A stretch of 50,358 bases of DNA from Selaginella moellendorffii. Taxonomy: Eukaryota > Plantae > Lycopodiophyta. This document shows, piece by piece, positions 48,885 to 50,358 of the stretch. The stretch spans positions 11,824 to 62,181 of the forward strand of contig NW_003314467.1 of the NCBI RefSeq assembly GCF_000143415.4, given 5' to 3'. A program made the position numbers and the translations under genes. The first letter of the stretch is position 1; each line of letters begins with the position of its first letter. The notes under the pieces are model-generated. The model was not told the DNA's origin and did no database searches. It saw nothing but the letters and a program-made list of their open reading frames with translations.

Positions 48885-50166
48885 TGGCTTCACATCTTAT
48901 TATGGAAGAGGTCAGTTGTATGATTGTGGAAGAAGACATAGAATAGAAAACATTTTTTTGTCCATAAAGAGATCAAGGATGCGGTAGTGATAGGAAAGTC
49001 AAAAGGTCTCCCCTATGCACAGAAACATGAGCTCTTATATCGCAAGAGATAGCAAGAAAAAAAAATTTAATTACCATTCACATATTTCATAGAAGATAGG
49101 ATGTTTGCTTTTGTTGAGAGCCTCACTCACCGGGTTTTGTGGTGGTGTTGCTCCATTCCTGAGATGCAAACTTTGTTTGCGTACTGAGCATGAGAAGGCC
49201 GATTTTTCTTGTGAAAAGAATTGTCTTACTTGAAATAGTTGACTCCCTATACAAGAAGAAATAACTCAATTGACACATTGAAATGGAACAAAATCAGCAT
49301 GTTTACTGTACCTGTGTTTTGAAACTCGTGGCCCTTTAAAGCCACTCAGTGGCATTGACAAGTCATTCTCCTGGAAAACATCTACAGATGATAAGCTATT
49401 CATTGGAAAAAAGAACTCTCTACCTTCCAGCAATTTTGACCAGATCACTACCTGTACTTTTGAGATCCACATTGAGCAGATCATCCAACCATGTGGGCTG
49501 GGAAGTATGTGAATAGCTGACAGACATCACTAAAGACATATAGCCATGGTAAAGTTCTCTTAGCTCTTCTTTTTTTTTCCCTTCTATGACCAGTTTTGCT
49601 TGCAGTATAGAGTTGCTAGTGGATGCCAACAATTTGTGGGCATCCCAGAAGCTGGAACGGTGAGATCAACGGTTGGCTTTGCATAAATTTCTCAAGCTTC
49701 TCTCTTTCAGATCCCGATATGCTCCAAGTAGGGAATGGTTGAATGTCCTTGGCTGAGTATTGTTCACATTGCAGCATGTATATCATAAAGGTTTTGAGTG
49801 GATAGAAATAAAAGATTGTAAATTATCAGAATCAGCTCATTTAATATTTAATTATAACTATTTAATTTATTAATTATTAATTCAATAATAATATTAATAA
49901 AATAATTAATGAATTAAAAATGTTTGTAAACAGCTGATTTACAATCTACTCCAAAAGGTTATGAGTGGTTTGACACAGTGGGGTGAAGCAGATCCAGAAG
50001 GAGCTCATAGAAATCCACTAGAGAATTGCTTTGCCAGTCCAAAGGCCAATAATTTCTATGAGTGGGTCTCCACAATCGTTAGTCCATCGATTAGACTTCT
50101 TAGCTCAATTCTCAACTTTGAAGAAATTCTTCTTCTTCTCATAGGATCCCTTTTATAAGGTCAACA

Positions 50167-50193
50167 CTAGCTGGGATCCCAGCTCCGCTGGGA
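50167..50193 (-). mobile_element. Third Helitron-type 3' terminus (element extends beyond the window)
   Basis: CTAG at 50167-50170 with A on its + left side, and hairpin TCCCAGC-TCC-GCTGGGA (50177-50193), similar to the other two ends. Confidence 0.65.
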
Positions 50194-50358
50194 GAAGGAC
50201 AAAATATTTTGGGCACATTAAATTTTCAAGCATTTTAGCATCAAGAGTAAGCATTTTAAAACAATCCGTTGAAAGTTATAGCTGTAAACTCTAGAAAGCA
50301 AGGTTTTGTAATTAATCAAAGCTGGCTTCATTTATTCTGCAAGTCTTGTACTTGAAAG

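Noticed and set aside
49266-49750. Short minus-strand ORFs as a host gene
   Set aside because: No recognisable motif or consistent exon structure.

Overview
Eukaryotic, land-plant-type heterochromatic window made almost entirely of nested transposable elements. Tiny 45-57 bp introns, (CCCTAAA)n tracts and PPR debris suggest a lycophyte such as Selaginella (inference). The scaffold is decayed Helitron DNA: an RPA-like fragment, two Rep/helicase pseudogenes and three recognisable CTRR+hairpin 3' ends. Inserted into it are two chromodomain-bearing Ty3/Gypsy LTR retrotransposons (3615-11354; ~33842-40646), a 1.9 kb non-autonomous LTR element (11510-13444) and a 12.9 kb cut-and-paste DNA transposon (13794-26665; perfect 24-bp TIRs, 4-bp TGAA TSD). 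The DNA transposon is the most interesting object. It carries an intact Sola-like/DUF7869-type transposase. Divergently it carries a spliced ~1,600-aa gene that by eye reads as ParB/Srx-like domain + HTH, a degenerate amino-methyltransferase-like domain, an acidic linker and an FCP1/NIF HAD-phosphatase domain. The element is studded with about 24 copies of a 22-bp palindrome (ATGGCRTGWGGCCWCAYGCCAT), mostly in introns and non-coding DNA and not seen elsewhere in the window, which suggests a ParB/parS-like self-recognition system in a plant transposon. All domain calls are by-eye motif recognition, not database results.
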